A stretch of DNA of 61,480 bases, the filler included, from Choristocarpus tenellus KU-1152 (lineage: Eukaryota; Protista; Phaeophyceae), in the NCBI GenBank assembly GCA_964200185.2. It is 10 parts of 10 records of this genome, joined end to end, with 100 filler letters (N's around TTAATTAATTAA, not from the genome) between each part and the next. Parts side by side here need not be neighbours in the genome. Positions count along the whole stretch, not along the records: positions 1 to 11,508 come from CAXNAD020002282.1; positions 11,609 to 16,577 come from CAXNAD020012332.1; positions 16,678 to 21,785 come from CAXNAD020011841.1; positions 21,886 to 27,760 come from CAXNAD020009538.1; 6 more parts are not named here. One strand, 5' to 3'. The notes beneath the pieces were generated by a model, which was not told the DNA's origin, searched no databases, and saw only the letters and a program-made list of their open reading frames with translations. Of the stretch, positions 11,349 to 24,471 are shown piece after piece. How positions within the stretch are numbered: the stretch's first letter is position 1; every line of letters starts with the position of its first letter. The position numbers and the translations under genes are program-made.

Positions 11349-11508
11349 GTGAAGCACAGCTGTGTACAGCATGTTTGGACAGCTATAAGAGTTGTCTGGA
11401 GGGATTTGATTTGGCAAGCATTTCTAGTTGTAGCTGTTTCCGATGCCATAGACCCCCCTCCCCCCCCCCCACATGATAAGACATAGATATGCAACCACTG
11501 CCCCATGA

Positions 11509-11608
11509 NNNNNNNNNNNNNNNNNNNNNNNNNNNNNNNNNNNNNNNNNNNNTTAATTAATTAANNNNNNNNNNNNNNNNNNNNNNNNNNNNNNNNNNNN
11601 NNNNNNNN
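11509..11608. other. Artificial contig linker (N44-TTAATTAATTAA-N44)
   Basis: Exactly 100 nt. The central TTAATTAATTAA gives stops in all six frames. The same structure occurs 9 times in the window. Confidence 0.98.
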
Positions 11609-11845
11609 GTTATAACTACGAGGATCAAAGGAGCCCTCGTAGTGGGTGCGCTTTCGCGCCTCAGCTGCAGCAGCAGCTACACCATTGCTGGCGGGTGAAT
11701 GGGTGAGGTGGGAGGTGGCCTGTACCTCTGTGAAGTGATGTCCAGGAGGAGACCTTTGTCCCTGTAGGAAGCAGTTCCAGCATCTGCTAGTGCCCCTGCG
11801 TGAAACACCAGATCCATGCGAAGATTTCGGTCCACAGTGAAAGGT
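11609..11845 (-). mobile_element. Non-LTR retrotransposon fragment, C-terminal restriction-like endonuclease (REL; CRE/NeSL-like)
   Basis: The minus strand reads PFTVDRNLRMDLVF..YRDKGLLLDIT (PD-D/ExK-type core), then after a frameshift GVAAAAAEARKRTHYEGSFDPRSY. The sequence matches the 24974-25780 copy. Confidence 0.75.
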
Positions 11846-12149
11846 ATAAATACATTCAGTTGTTGTATCGATATCGGTTCGACTCCTTGCCCAATAAAAC
11901 AGCTCTTTGATAGAGCAGGAATGGTGTTCGGTACATAGTGAAGTGTGTTATTTGAGTTTAGAAATATTTATTACTATGCTCTTTGACGTTTTGCAGATGT
12001 GTCCGTTTAGAAATATCATCAAGAGCCCACCTCCACGATTCACAGGTTATGACTATAACCTAACCCGCACAGTGTCATACAAAAATGGTATTCCAAGGTG
12101 ACTGACAATTTCGGAAGCGAGTGAATCCCTCGCTGTACACTTATAGTTG

Positions 12150-13655
12150 CCTACACCTTGGAGATGGAATAATGCATTTGGGGAGGGGATCACATTGGCT
12201 TTTGTCAACACCAGAAAAGCTTCAATGTGGACAGGAGCAAACAGACCTGCTCTCCATTCATTCGAGAAGAGATGGACAGGATACTGCGAGAATCACGACC
12301 TGTTCTTGGTCAATGGATGAGGCATTTCTAAGCTTTTCTCGATGCCAAGTCGACCAATCTCGACCTCACTATCAGCAACTCCATCTCAATATTGCTTCCT
12401 GAATTACACTGACTGAATGAGCCTTCGATAAGGGAAATGAAGAGCTTCATACATCCTCTGGCGAATAGAGAGGCAGAGGAGCCCAATAACCTCCCAGTGG
12501 AACTCTTGAAACTCCGAAAGGCTAGGACTCTGTCGACCGCGACCTCCTTTAGACACTACCGGTCAAATTTGGTTTATATGCCAGGAGGGTATCAATCATT
12601 CGTCAATTCCCCTTCAGAATGTATGCTCATCTACAGATGGATGGTGTGGAGTGCTCGGGATGGTTTGGCATTGAACAAGGTCTTTGGTGAGTGTGTGTCT
12701 TCGTTGTTGTTTAACCTCCTGTATCACAGTGCTTACTGTAGGGATTGAAAGGTTCATCAATGAAGGTGATATTCCTACAGAAGACTGTCAAGAAATAGAT
12801 GAAGATTGGGGAAGAAGGAGGGGGCAAGTGAGTGTCTTGGCAGTTAATACTATGGTGCATGACTTATGCTGATGATGAATTCATTGTAGCAAGGACTTAA
12901 GAGAGCTTAGGCAAGATTACTTCCATCATTGTAAAGGTTTGTAGAGCATGTCGACTGGACTGACCATGTCAGGGAAGAAGACAAAAGCCACTGGTATCAG
13001 GGTCCCCCACAAGCTAGCTGAGGAAATGCATATTGAGGTTGCAAGGGAAAGGCACAAGCAGACAGACAAGTCCATCTCCCTCAGAGGCTAAATCAGTGGT
13101 GATGCTAATGTAACAATAGAGATCCACAACTACATCCACTAGGTAAAAGGGAGATTTGTGACATACAGTGAAGAACTAGACAAATGAACAGTTGGTGTAC
13201 CACTTAAGCGGAAGATTCGGACACTTAAGTCCAAAGTACTTGAGGTTCTTCATGGTTGTATGGCATCAACATTTAGGACATACTAGTACACTCAACTTTG
13301 TATCCTGGAAATTCCTCTTGTGCTGCATCAGGTTTCACAAACAGAATCCTACGGATCACCCCCTGTCATACGGGGAGGGACTAGTGAGAACTGAGTGTAA
13401 GAGGATTGAGACTACTATATGCAATCAGACGCCGCTATTTGCATATTTCATGTCACCAATGGATGTTACTTGCTTACCCAAGAGCTTCATGTTTGGGAAA
13501 TTGCACCTAAGAAACTGAAGGAGAAGATGGAAGGACCACAGAAAAGCTGGTGGTGGTGCCTCCAAGATAATCTTGACTGCTTCGATTTCCCAACTGAAAT
13601 GTGTGGTATTCTCGTGGATAACACAAGCAGCCAGAGTATCCGAGAGGGGGGGTAG
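12150..13655 (+). mobile_element. Degenerate RTE-clade LINE reverse transcriptase (internally deleted)
   Basis: IREEMDRILRE..GQWMRHF, EPSIREMKSFIHPLANREAEEPNNLPVELLKL (region-0 'KAxGPDxLPxELLK'), YADD at 12865-12876, GLTMSGKKTK, and LSYGEGLVRTECKRIETTI..LPKSFMFGKL. Many stops and frameshifts. Confidence 0.85.
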
Positions 13656-15899
13656 GGGTCAATCCGGGACCTTTGTGGCCCTGTAGTGATTGATTGTCAT
13701 GTCATTTGAATGAACATGCCAGATGTAAAGGCGATTCCCTTCATCTGGATGCACCTTCCTTCTTGATCCCTTTTCCTGGACCAAATCTGAAGGGAGGTTA
13801 CCTGCAAAGTGGACATCAAACTGGGGTACTTTACAATACCCCTCTAAGCCCTGAACTGGTAATCTGGTCTAATCTCACCCCCCTCTACGATAATATGGGT
13901 CAACCAATGGTTGAGGTGTGTAGAGGACAGAGGCAGACATGTCATAGGCATCTGACATACTAGGAAGGCCAAAGCAGTCACAAGCTCACCACACGAAAGA
14001 GACTCCAGTAATCAAGTACTTGTGACACTATCTGCGGAGCTTCAAGTTGGCTACGAAGTATGATTTAGGATACTTTCCTTGGTAGTGTTAACTGTGGGAA
14101 ACAGCAAAGCATATCTGCCATGGCAAATTATAGGTCAGTACAGGTTATCTTGGATCCTATCTACTTTACATCGGTTCGTCTTCTCTTAAGAATTTCTTCC
14201 TCTTTGTTTTATTGAAACACATATTTCTTCTAATTTGTTATAATTGTATTATATTTTAAATGTATTTAGTGTATTAGGTGCATCAATTTTTAATAGTTTG
14301 TCATTAATTGCATAACATTAGTTTCTTGTCTTTATTTCATACTTCGAAGTATTATTTTTCAACTATTGAGTGGGAAACTCATCATAGTTTGTATGTATTA
14401 TGTCGAAATCCTGGAGGCATTTTATTATTGTTTTTCTTTCATCTACTCCAGAGTGTTTGCTTCAAGTACCGAGGAATTAGGTATTCTATTTTCCTGTTTA
14501 ACCACAGAAATTTGTTTTTGTATGAAGGATAGGTATAATGTGAAAGCGACAATTTTGTCATATCCTCATATTTGAAGGGAAGGTGCTCCTCATTTAATTT
14601 GATTTCACTGTAGTGCACAGCTGTTTGTGTCAAGTTTCACTCACTTTTGACACAGCAAGATGAGCAGTTCTATGGTCAGTACACAATATGTATCATTTTA
14701 CTACTACTAATTCTAAAACTGAATACAATGCTTAGTTGGCAGCATCAAATTGGTGTGGTAAAGTGATCGATCCAAACTCCATAGGAACAGACACTGGGAT
14801 TTTTTTTTTAATAATCCACTCTTTCTTGTCATTCCTCATTGTGTATGCACCAACCATATACCCCTTTCACCCATTTAGAACTCAATTGAAATTCCAGAAG
14901 ATGTTGTGCATCCTCCTAAATACTGTGCCTACTTCAATGAGAATGAAAACATTAAAGGGAGACCTGGAGGTTTTGTCTTGACACAAGGTAAATGCTTGTT
15001 TCCTCTTGCTGAAATGTGACCTACATCTTGCAGATCCATAGTCAACACTTCTCAGTTTGCAGCAAACCTATTCACCCTTTGCCTGTTGCACCTGTGTCTC
15101 CCTCTGTCTCCTTATCATCCCTACCCACTCTTAATTGCAAAGATATTAAATATTTATGGAAGCATGTGACATATGAAAGTTGCTGTAGGATATGGAGAAA
15201 CCCCCCAAGTGATACTTTAAAATACCTCCCAAGGTACGAAAACCCTTGCTCTCTTTTGTTCGTTCTTCGATCTATTGAAGTCGATTGCGCATGTAAATGA
15301 TGCATGCACGGAAAAGTTTGCTTCTCATTTGCCTTGTAGTTTACATGCATATTTATAATGAAAATCCTATAGGACGTATATTATTACATATATATGAAGG
15401 GTGACCTAGTGTACTAACATCTTAGCTTTGCCAGGCACTTTTGGTCTGTAATGCAAAAAACTTATCTGTGGAGCTCAGGACTAAGGTTGTCACTCCAAAA
15501 AGAACAGCTGAAAGCAAAGCAGTCAGTGAACAGAGTGAATATTCTGTACCATAAGCACATGTACAAGTGAGTTTGTGGAAACCCTCTTTCTACTCAGCCC
15601 CCCAAGGCTTCTCTGGCAATCATTATTGGATGGGACAAGACTCAACCTCCACTGATCAACTCGAATTTTATAAATTTCTGTGGTAGCATGTTAGGAGTAC
15701 AAAAAATTGTAGAGTTCACAGAAAGACCCACACACGGTCTGTTGAAGCTAGACAAAAGGAGGTGGAGCTTGATACTTGCTTGTTGAAGGTCTAACAAAAT
15801 CGTGAAGCGAGGTTAACACTTGTGAAGAAATTGATCCCTTCAGCCCATTGAATATACTAGTCATGTGAGTCAGGCCTTCTCTATCACTATGTGAGCACT

Positions 15900-16520
15900 C
15901 ATTTTACATCCTAAAGTCAGTACAAAGTCTCAAAGTCTCTTTTTACTGAGTACAACCACGACATACTACACCCAAATGCCTGAATTCCTCAAGCAATTCC
16001 AATTGCTGTTTCCTCCACTCCTGCTTCACCTGTCCTACATTGGCACCTCTGAGGCTCACCAAGTACTTCCCCTCTTTTGTCTCCGATGGAGTAACACCAG
16101 TTACTCCTGTGCTAAGAGAATCAGCTTGATCTACTATGGGTGATTGACCTGCCTGGGGCACGGCTTATAAAAGGAAATCCATGCAGATCACACGGTTCTC
16201 GCAAACGATTGAGGAGTGACTTGGAGCACCTTCTTCATCCTATTGTATCTTTTGTGTTCACCCCTTGAGGCTTTGGCTACAGTAAACCTGATGCAAGCTG
16301 CTTGGCTCGTTGCGAGTACTCACCAACTTGCTGTACACCAGTCCACCTCGCTTTCACCTCTGGACTTCCCTGGCAACTCTCATTTCTCGAGTCCAAGTTA
16401 TACTCTAACAGGACTACAAGCTTTTCGAACTATGTCTATACCTGATTTATATCCTGTTCTTATAGGGTGTGGTGAATTACCCATTCAGACTACTCCGACA
16501 ATACACCTTGATCTACACAT
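15900..16520 (-). mobile_element. Possible highly decayed LINE RT remnant
   Basis: QQLELLEEFRHLGV resembles the RT 'LExVxxFKYLG' motif, and upstream LNG*FTTPY resembles 'VNGxxTxxF'. No YADD could be found. Confidence 0.35.
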
Positions 16521-16577
16521 TTATCTCAGCACATTTAACACTGACCCAAAGTATCTGGGGGAGGGGGGGGGTCTACA

Positions 16578-16677
16578 NNNNNNNNNNNNNNNNNNNNNNN
16601 NNNNNNNNNNNNNNNNNNNNNTTAATTAATTAANNNNNNNNNNNNNNNNNNNNNNNNNNNNNNNNNNNNNNNNNNNN
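16578..16677. other. Artificial contig linker
   Basis: N44-TTAATTAATTAA-N44. Confidence 0.98.
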
Positions 16678-19600
16678 CCCGGCGGGTTTGTCTCTCCATC
16701 ACTGCCGTCCCCCATGTGCCCCCTCCAGCTTGTCGAGGGGGGCCGTGGGGCAGACACTAATAACAACGCTGCTTCTTCGTCTTCGGGACTGCAGCCTGTT
16801 GAGAAGGCGCTACTGTTGCTTTCCTCACTTGGAGACCGCCCCCGTTTCGACCGGCCCTGATTCAATCCCTCAGGCACAGGAGAATCAGATGAAAAGATAG
16901 CATGAGCACTAACTGCAGCACCATGGCCATTACCACCATTATCACCATTACCACCAATAGCACCGTGTCCCATGCCAGGTCCCTCTCCAGACTTTGTCAA
17001 CTCCTTCGCAGTGGCCTGCTTCTTCTCCCCGTCAGGGCCTGCCAACAACCCTGGCTTCTGGTCTATGGTGCCCACAGACACTCCACATCCCTCAACAGCA
17101 GTGTAGCGACCTTCAACATCTCCACAATTGCCAGTAACATCAGAATCACCAGTAGTGAGTGAAACAGAACAAGCGAGTCGCTCAGGAAGCCCCTCCTTGG
17201 ACGCACTCTTAACACTGCAAAGGGCAGAATCCCCACCCTCACCTGCATCCCCTTCCCCCTTGCCATGTCCCCTCACCTCCCGATCCCCTTTACCCCTCTC
17301 CCCACCCCTATTCCCTCCTTCACCCTTTGCATTGGCTGGAGACATTGCCATAACCCTCAACACCGATCCCTCTGCTAAGGAGTCATCATCAGCAGTTTCA
17401 AAACAAGTGGAGGCTCCAGCAGTCGCAACGTGGTCATCCTCAACATGACACAGGGACTTTGGCATCACTTTCTCCCCACACAGCTGAGCCATCGCTCGCA
17501 AACCATCATTGCTGACTCTTTTCTCCTGCTGTACAATTGAGTTTGCCTTCCACCCCCTATCCAAAACCGGTACCTCATGCTCATCAACTTCCATAGCTTC
17601 TGCTCCATCTCCCCTGCCCCCATCCTTGCCATCTACAGCTTTCCCTCCCCCACTGCTTCCCCACCTGCCGTCCTCTTTACCAAAGAGCACCCCCCTCAGC
17701 CTCTCCTCAGCCTCCTGATCTACCTTCCTTTCTCCCCTGCCATCCCCCTCACTCACCTCACCTCGAGAGCAGGGCAGGTTGGAATTCCTCCGCAAGTCCA
17801 ACACCTCAAATTGCCTATCTTCCCCCCCCCCCCGATGGGAAGAGTCTGGGGTGGATAAGGAAACTGAAGGCAAAGATGGGCGAGTTCCCCCACTCATTTT
17901 TCCCTCTGCCGGAAAGGATGAAATCATCACCCCTGCAGCTTCTGCAAGGTCCATACTCGGTCGGGGTGATGGCGTCTGTCGCAGAGAGGGAAGGGGTGAA
18001 GCAGGAATAAAAGCAGGAACCATGTACGTGGAAGTGATCTGAGAGTGTATGGCATGGGTACGATATAGTCAAGCAGATCATTGGAGATCCCTGATTGTCA
18101 AGTGCATTTAGCAGCTCTCCATACTGGAAGAGCTCAGGACAGCACAGCGTTTCCCAAGTTCTTAATGGCAAAGGCAAAGATGGGGAGGAAGGAGGGGGAC
18201 ACACCAACACTTCTCAAGGCCACCTCCAACAGCCAACAATACACAAAAGGTCAGTCCCTCGTTGCCTCCTGCATTACTGATGACAACACGACAGGATTAA
18301 ACATTGCAACCTCTACAACTGAACCCAGGCATACGCTCACACCATACATAACTCACACAAGGAGATATGTACGAAGGGGCGCTTTTCCCCACCCCTGATC
18401 CCTCAAAATGTTTGCTGGTATACACACTTCAACTGGTCATAAACCACAAGATCCTCTCACCTCTTTGCTTCTAGGACTCCTTCGTGATGGGGTCGGTGAC
18501 CGATCATTCTTCCTCTCAGAGGTCGGCTGACGCTCCAGACATGGCGATGAAACCACCACCAGTCCACCATCTCGCCCACTGAAACCACCATCATTTTGCA
18601 ACCCTTCCTGAGGACCCACCGGGTGGCTCCCCCATGCACCCTGCCCCTCACAAGATCCTTCAATTGGTCGGAAGGCCTTATCTTGCAACAGCTGCAATGA
18701 TTTTTCGTCAGCATCTTCGCCCTCCTGACCTTTTGTAGTCACTCTAAGATTACCATCCACCTTGCTGCCACCGCTTCTGCTGCCACCAGTGCCATCCCCC
18801 CCAACGTCAAGATTACTCCTGTTCTCATCCTGCTCTCTGTACCGGTGATGTGTTGACATCATCCCAGGTCTGGCCTTCTTGGTCCCAGCATCATGCCCCT
18901 TGCCCTCCCCAACCATAGCCTTAGTTGTAGCCCGGGACTTGGCCTTAGCTTTCCTTCCTTTGACCTTTCCATTCTGTTTCAACATTCTCTTCTTCGAAAG
19001 AGATACCCACAGCAGGGAGAGTAAGAGACAGTTAGGATATATCTCAAGGTTTGAGTGGGGGGAGGCAGGGGAGGGGGGGGCAGGGATATCACAGTCAACT
19101 GTGGGACACTATCCCCCAAACATGGCAGAGAAAAAACCCCAACTAAACCCCAATACACAAAAGCAGGCACTTAGAGGAGAGGGAGAGGGAGAGGGAGAGG
19201 GAGAGCAACAATATGCATTTCTCAGGGTACAACTAACGACCTCATTACACTCGTTCAACGATCAGCTCACACTCACACGCTCAACGATCAGCTCACACTT
19301 CAGTCTTATCAAGACATGCAACGCAAAACAGACATTTGACACAACGCTAAAATTTGGCAAACACAAATCCAAAAAAACCAAAGGTCGTTCACTTGAATAC
19401 CCTCCAGTCACCTTTTCGTGCTCCTTGCGGTGATTGCCCCGACCTAAGCTCTGCACACTCCCTTTCCTTCCCCCTCCTCCCCTCTCCCCCCGCCCGCCCT
19501 TTCGCTTTCCCTCTTGGTCTCCATCCAAGGCAAGCGTATCATTCAAAGACCCACTCCGCGGCCTCCCACGCTTCTTCCACACAGACGATGACTTCTCAGA

Positions 19601-21785
19601 CATAGCATTCACCCCGGCCAAGCTCAAGCTCCCACCACCATCCCCAGCATCATTCTCCCCGCCCTTCCAACCCCCTGCCTCACCTAACAAACCAGACAAT
19701 TTCATGGCAACAACCGCATCACCTTCACAACCTGAATCTACCTCCGAAGACAGAGAGTCGTATCTGGTACGAGAGCTGGACCCTAGCCTCACGGTGCGGC
19801 CTTCACCCCCACTACTTAACCCACTTCCACCACCGCCACCATTAACACTATCAACTCCCCGAACCCTTCCTCCAGCACCATCAGCAGCAGCCGACTTTTT
19901 TCCTCCATGACGACTTTGTACCCCACCCCCCTGCCCAACTCGCTCAATGACTGACGCTGCAGGACGACGAGGGCTGGGGCGAGGACTTCGCACCTTGCTC
20001 TTGATGCCAAGGGGTTGGTTATCTAGCTCCTCTTCCTCTGATGAACGTTCCGATATACCAGAGTTGGCACTGGTAGCGGGGGAGGGGTTGACACGTCCAA
20101 TTCCCCCTGCATTTTTATCAAGAAAACCATTCAGTCAGTTTTTTTTCACACCAATATTACAGTGAGCAAAACAAGCGTATCAAGATCACAGCTCAGGTGG
20201 ACACATGTACATCCAGCAGGGGTATGGAGGCGGTTATGAAGTTAGCACTGGACAGTAGTGCAGGTCTGGGAGAGAGACAACACAAAACCTCGTTGGGTGA
20301 GAGGAGAGACCACATTCACTCTGCTAAGAAATAGTCCCCTCCACCTCCTCCTATCATAGAAACTGTAAATATATTGGTATTGGCATTGAGATCTTCAGCA
20401 AGGGCTCAGTAGAGGGTTTGAGGAGGGAGGGGTAATTAGACCCCACAATTTTCAATGAAGTTGGGCCACTACAAGCAACAAGAAAAGCCTCTTGAATGTG
20501 AAATCCCTCCGCAAAAGTGGAGGCGATTGCAATGCCCAGCAACGGATATGGGGACGCAAACACTACTTATATCGCTGCATGCAAACCCTACATAAGCAGA
20601 GAGCCAAAGTATCTTTGAGGGTAAGGCCACGTCCATTTGGGAGCCAAAATCCAATGTTGCGATTTTGATGTTATTTTGGCTATCATGTTTGTTAGGAAGT
20701 GTCAATATCCTTGTTCTGGACACACCTTTTCATGATGTATACATTTTACCTACTCTGAAACATTTTGGAGTAGGAAAATGTCTTGAAAAAACCCATGGGA
20801 AGCCAAAACCCAAATGGACAAACAGGTAAAAACCCTCACCCTCTAAGATACTTTCTCTCAGATCATGTTGGACATGCAAAAGGACCTCACACAAAATCAA
20901 GCAAGTCATCTTCATCATTCACACCAAAACGCAGCTCCTGATATCACACTCTGGGTTGCTGTCTACAGTACACATCTTTTTTTCTCAACCAGTAAACTTT
21001 GATGAAAACAGTCACATTGATTGTTTCAGCAAATAGGAAGGCAACAATAAAAAAACACAAGAATGAAGCACAAAGGTAAACCTTCAAAAACTAGACATGG
21101 ATATGTTTTACAGTTGAATAATTTAGTGAGACTAAACATTAAAAAAATACCAAACAAATATCTCCAAAACATTGATGATCTCACCACCAAAACATAAGTA
21201 CTCAACCCCCCCAAAAAAACATCAAGTCAGAAAAGTACATAAAATAAAATATACAATCAAATTACGAAACCCAGAGGCTAATTACAACCTAGTGAGACTA
21301 AACATTAAAAAAATGCCTAACAAATATCTCAAAAGCACTATGGATCTTTCCTCATCACCAAAACATAAGTGTTCAAACACCAAAAACAGACTTCAAGCCA
21401 AAAAAGTGCACAAAACATACAATACAATTCACAAAAGCCTGAGGTTAAAACACAATCAATATAACTGAAACACACACCGCGTCTACAGAATCCTGCGGCC
21501 ACCTGCACAACACAAATAAAACATTAAAAAAAGATTCTCACCATCAGTTACACTTCGAAGGCGTTTATGCACCCCATCACGATCCACAACACCCATCCGC
21601 TTCCTCCGGCCTGTATTTCTACGCAGTGGCCGAGGCAGCCGGGGTCGAGTCCGCCGCCCCCTACCTCCGCCCTTCCATGCGCCACCAGTACCCCTCCTCC
21701 CCCCCCCTTCCCCTTCCCCCTCATCATCCACAACCTCCACATCATCCACCTTCTCCTTCTCCCTCTCATTCTTGTCATGAGCAAC
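16678..21785 (-). CDS. Large low-complexity (G/E/S/R-rich, probably disordered) multi-exon protein, internal fragment
   Basis: Long open minus-strand frames bounded by splice signals: ~21555-21785, 19412-20106, 18461-~18992 and 16678-~18038. No recognisable domain. Confidence 0.6.
20601..20859. mobile_element. MITE family A (~260 bp)
   Basis: TIR GAG..AAAGTATCTT.GAGGGT with TSD AGA/AGA. Intronic. Confidence 0.85.
21120..21460. repeat. Tandem duplication, ~167-bp unit
   Basis: TAGTGAGACTAAACATTAAAAAAAT..AACAAATATCTC..CACCAAAACATAAGT at ~21124 and ~21291. Confidence 0.85.
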
Positions 21786-21885
21786 NNNNNNNNNNNNNNN
21801 NNNNNNNNNNNNNNNNNNNNNNNNNNNNNTTAATTAATTAANNNNNNNNNNNNNNNNNNNNNNNNNNNNNNNNNNNNNNNNNNNN
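21786..21885. other. Artificial contig linker
   Basis: N44-TTAATTAATTAA-N44. Confidence 0.98.
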
Positions 21886-22079
21886 ACATCCAATCGATAA
21901 TGTAAATGCACTTTTCCTGATTCTGACCTAAATGGACACCGTGGTGTAGACCCCGCCCCCCCCCCAGATACTTTGGGTCCCTAGGTAACAAACACGATAG
22001 TCAAAATTTCATCAAAATCGCAACGTTGGATTTTGGCCCCGAAATGGACGCGGCCCTGCCCTCTAAGATACTTTGACTC
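21886..22079. mobile_element. Partial MITE B end followed by partial MITE A end
   Basis: CCCCCAGATACTTTGGGTC ending ~21979, and CCCTCTAAGATACTTTGACTC ending 22079. Confidence 0.75.
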
Positions 22080-22857
22080 AATTGCAAATGTGGAAACTGT
22101 CTTACAACGCAATATGGTCAAAACATGGGCACGTCTCGTTTACTTTGGCTCACTGATATTAAAACATGACTTGACCACTAACATCAGGACCTGGGAACAC
22201 AATTACAGTTACAAAGATTTCCGACAAATATATCCAATACGATGTTACGATCGTTTTAGCAGCACAAATTGCAGGAAGATACCAACACATGACTCGACAA
22301 ACCAACATCAATCCCAGGTAATAGATCGGCAGGTGCAAACCCATTCAATACATGCAAATTTGTCTTTGGGTTGTTGAATTTGCACAAAATGCACGAAGAT
22401 ACCAACACAAGGCTTACAAATTACCAATATCAGCACCTACGCACAAGCTGGCAGTTACGAAGCAGTTCTATATATTCAAAACCCTATCAGTCCTGTCACA
22501 CAATTTGAAGAAATATATCAACAAGCCACTTGAGCACCAGCATCGGCAGGTGGGAACACAGCAGCAGTTACAGAGTGGTTAGGCCGTTTGATGTGTACAA
22601 CCCCACAAATGCAAGGGGAAAATACACGCGCGATGAGCACCAATTTAGACCCTTGGGGACATAGGGACGGTTACAAAACCGTTGGATATATGCGAATCCG
22701 TTTAATAGTTAACCAGCACCATTTGCGTAAAGATGTTAACTCAAGACTTGAAAACCATCCTCAGCACCTGGATTATGATTGCTTCAAACGCATGATTTGC
22801 ATGAAGATATCAACGCACAACTTGAAGACTGAGCCAAGGCAAGCGAGAGGTACGTAA

Positions 22858-23470
22858 CGCCATGAAGAAGGTAAGGAACACTTTTGTTCTTGCGTGCAGA
22901 AGGGATGGACATTTTGTGCGTTGAGTGCTTGTGTTGATGGGTCTTCCATCTGATTTGGTGTATTGATATTTTGTGTAGGGCTGTAAGTTAACAAGAGGCA
23001 AGTAAGGACAAAGGAGAACTATTGAATAACTTTCTTCTAGTGTGATGAATGGATGGGCATCTTGTGCTTGATTGCTTGTGATGGTGAACTTCCATCTGAT
23101 TTGGTGTATTGATATTTTGTGTAAAGTTCATGAGAAGTAAGCATCGCGTGAAGAAGGTAACGAGCGGTTTGTCCTTGAAAAACCTATTCCTTAACTTCTT
23201 GACGTCCTTACCTCTCACGAACTTTCAGTCCCACAAAAATATCAATACACCAAATCAGATGGAAGACTCCTCAACACAAACACTAAATGCACAAAATGTG
23301 TACTCATTAAGCACACAAGGACAGAATCATTGGGCGAGCATTTTGAACTTTGAGGTTAGTGAGTCTTCCAGCTCATTTGGTGTGTTTTTATATTGTACAG
23401 GACTGCATATTCATGAATAGATATAGCATCAAGGTATAGAATGATTTTGTTCTTGTATGAAGGGGTGGGG
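22858..23470. repeat. ~145-bp unit repeated in direct and inverted orientation
   Basis: TTCCATCTGATTTGGTGTATTGATATTTTGTG occurs at ~22945 and ~23090. Its reverse complement is at ~23232-23265, and decayed copies continue to ~23470. Confidence 0.8.
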
Positions 23471-23953
23471 ATATTATGCCTTCCCCTACTGCAAAAGGTA
23501 AGGATCGTTACGTTGAAGAACTAGAGGATCATATAAACTTGAGCTTTTTTGAAGTGATATACTCTCCTGTGTTAGTTCTCTATGTATCGTCCCCGCTTGT
23601 CTGTCTGTCTACTCAGTAATTTCTAGTAGACAGGCGATGTACTATGTTTGAGTCTTGGTGAGCAATACTTGCTGTGCTTATTTTGGTTTACCTCATATGA
23701 TTCTTGCTGTTTGTCTGCATGTTTGTCGTTCTGTGTGTTCGCACTAGTTTGTGTGTTTATATTTGCGATTAAATGTTTGTTTATGCGACTTGCTGATCTG
23801 TACATTTTTTTATCTTGTGTGTGTTTGTTTGTGTGTGTGTGTGCGCGCGCGTGTGCATGTTCGTGTCTTTCTGTCTTTCTGTGTTCTTGACTCTGTACCT
23901 GTGTCTCTCTGTTTGCTGTTGACTGTTTCCCTGGTTGCCCATTTGTCTGAGTT

Positions 23954-24177
23954 GGGTCAAAGTATCTGGGGGTGGGGGGCGCCGGCGTCCGTTTTTGACC
24001 CTGGCTCAAAGTACCTGGGTGGGGTGGTGACTGTACATTTGGAGCTAAATTTATCATGTCGCGATAATTGGGTGATTTGGTTCCATACATTGGATGGATA
24101 ATGAAAGTGCACTTTTCCTGGTGTTGGTCCAAATTGACACTTTGGTGAAGACCCCTCCCCCCCAGATACTTTGGTAC
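23954..24177. mobile_element. MITE family B (composite: short left end plus full copy from 24003)
   Basis: TIR GG.TCAAAGTATCTGGGGG / CCCCCAGATACTTTGG, flanked by AGTT/AGTT. Confidence 0.8.
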
Positions 24178-24295
24178 AGTTGAAGTTCAGTAGATCTCGA
24201 CAGGAAATGTGTTAAAATTCGGTGTCAGTGAGCAGTCCTTGCGCCTTTTATATTGCAGACCATGGGTTTCTTTCTGCTTGCCTGCATGTTCGTCT

Positions 24296-24471
24296 GACCC
24301 AAAGTATCTTGGGGGGGGGGGGGTCTTCACCAAAATGTCCATTTGAACCAACACCAGGAAAAGTGCACTTTCATTATCCATCCAACGTATGGAACCAATT
24401 CACTCAAAAATCGCGACATGAAAATTTAGCTCCAAATGGACAGCCACCACCCCCCCCAGGTATTTTAAGTC
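24296..24471. mobile_element. MITE family B (~176 bp), inverted relative to the previous copy
   Basis: Poly-G TIRs and TSD TCT/TCT. The interior is the reverse complement of 24003-24177. Confidence 0.85.

Noticed and set aside
16216-16629. ORFs ending in X-runs and 'N'/'LIN' (also 21567, 21626, 27809, 58285, 58316, 58503)
   Set aside because: They read into the linker, so their ends are artefacts.
17128-19910. Pro/Ser-rich plus-strand ORFs resembling extensins
   Set aside because: They are antisense to the G-rich minus-strand exons, which carry the splice signals.
23623-24132. 169-aa ORF with HAHARAHTHT
   Set aside because: It is made of a MITE plus a (GT)n/(GC)n microsatellite-rich tract.
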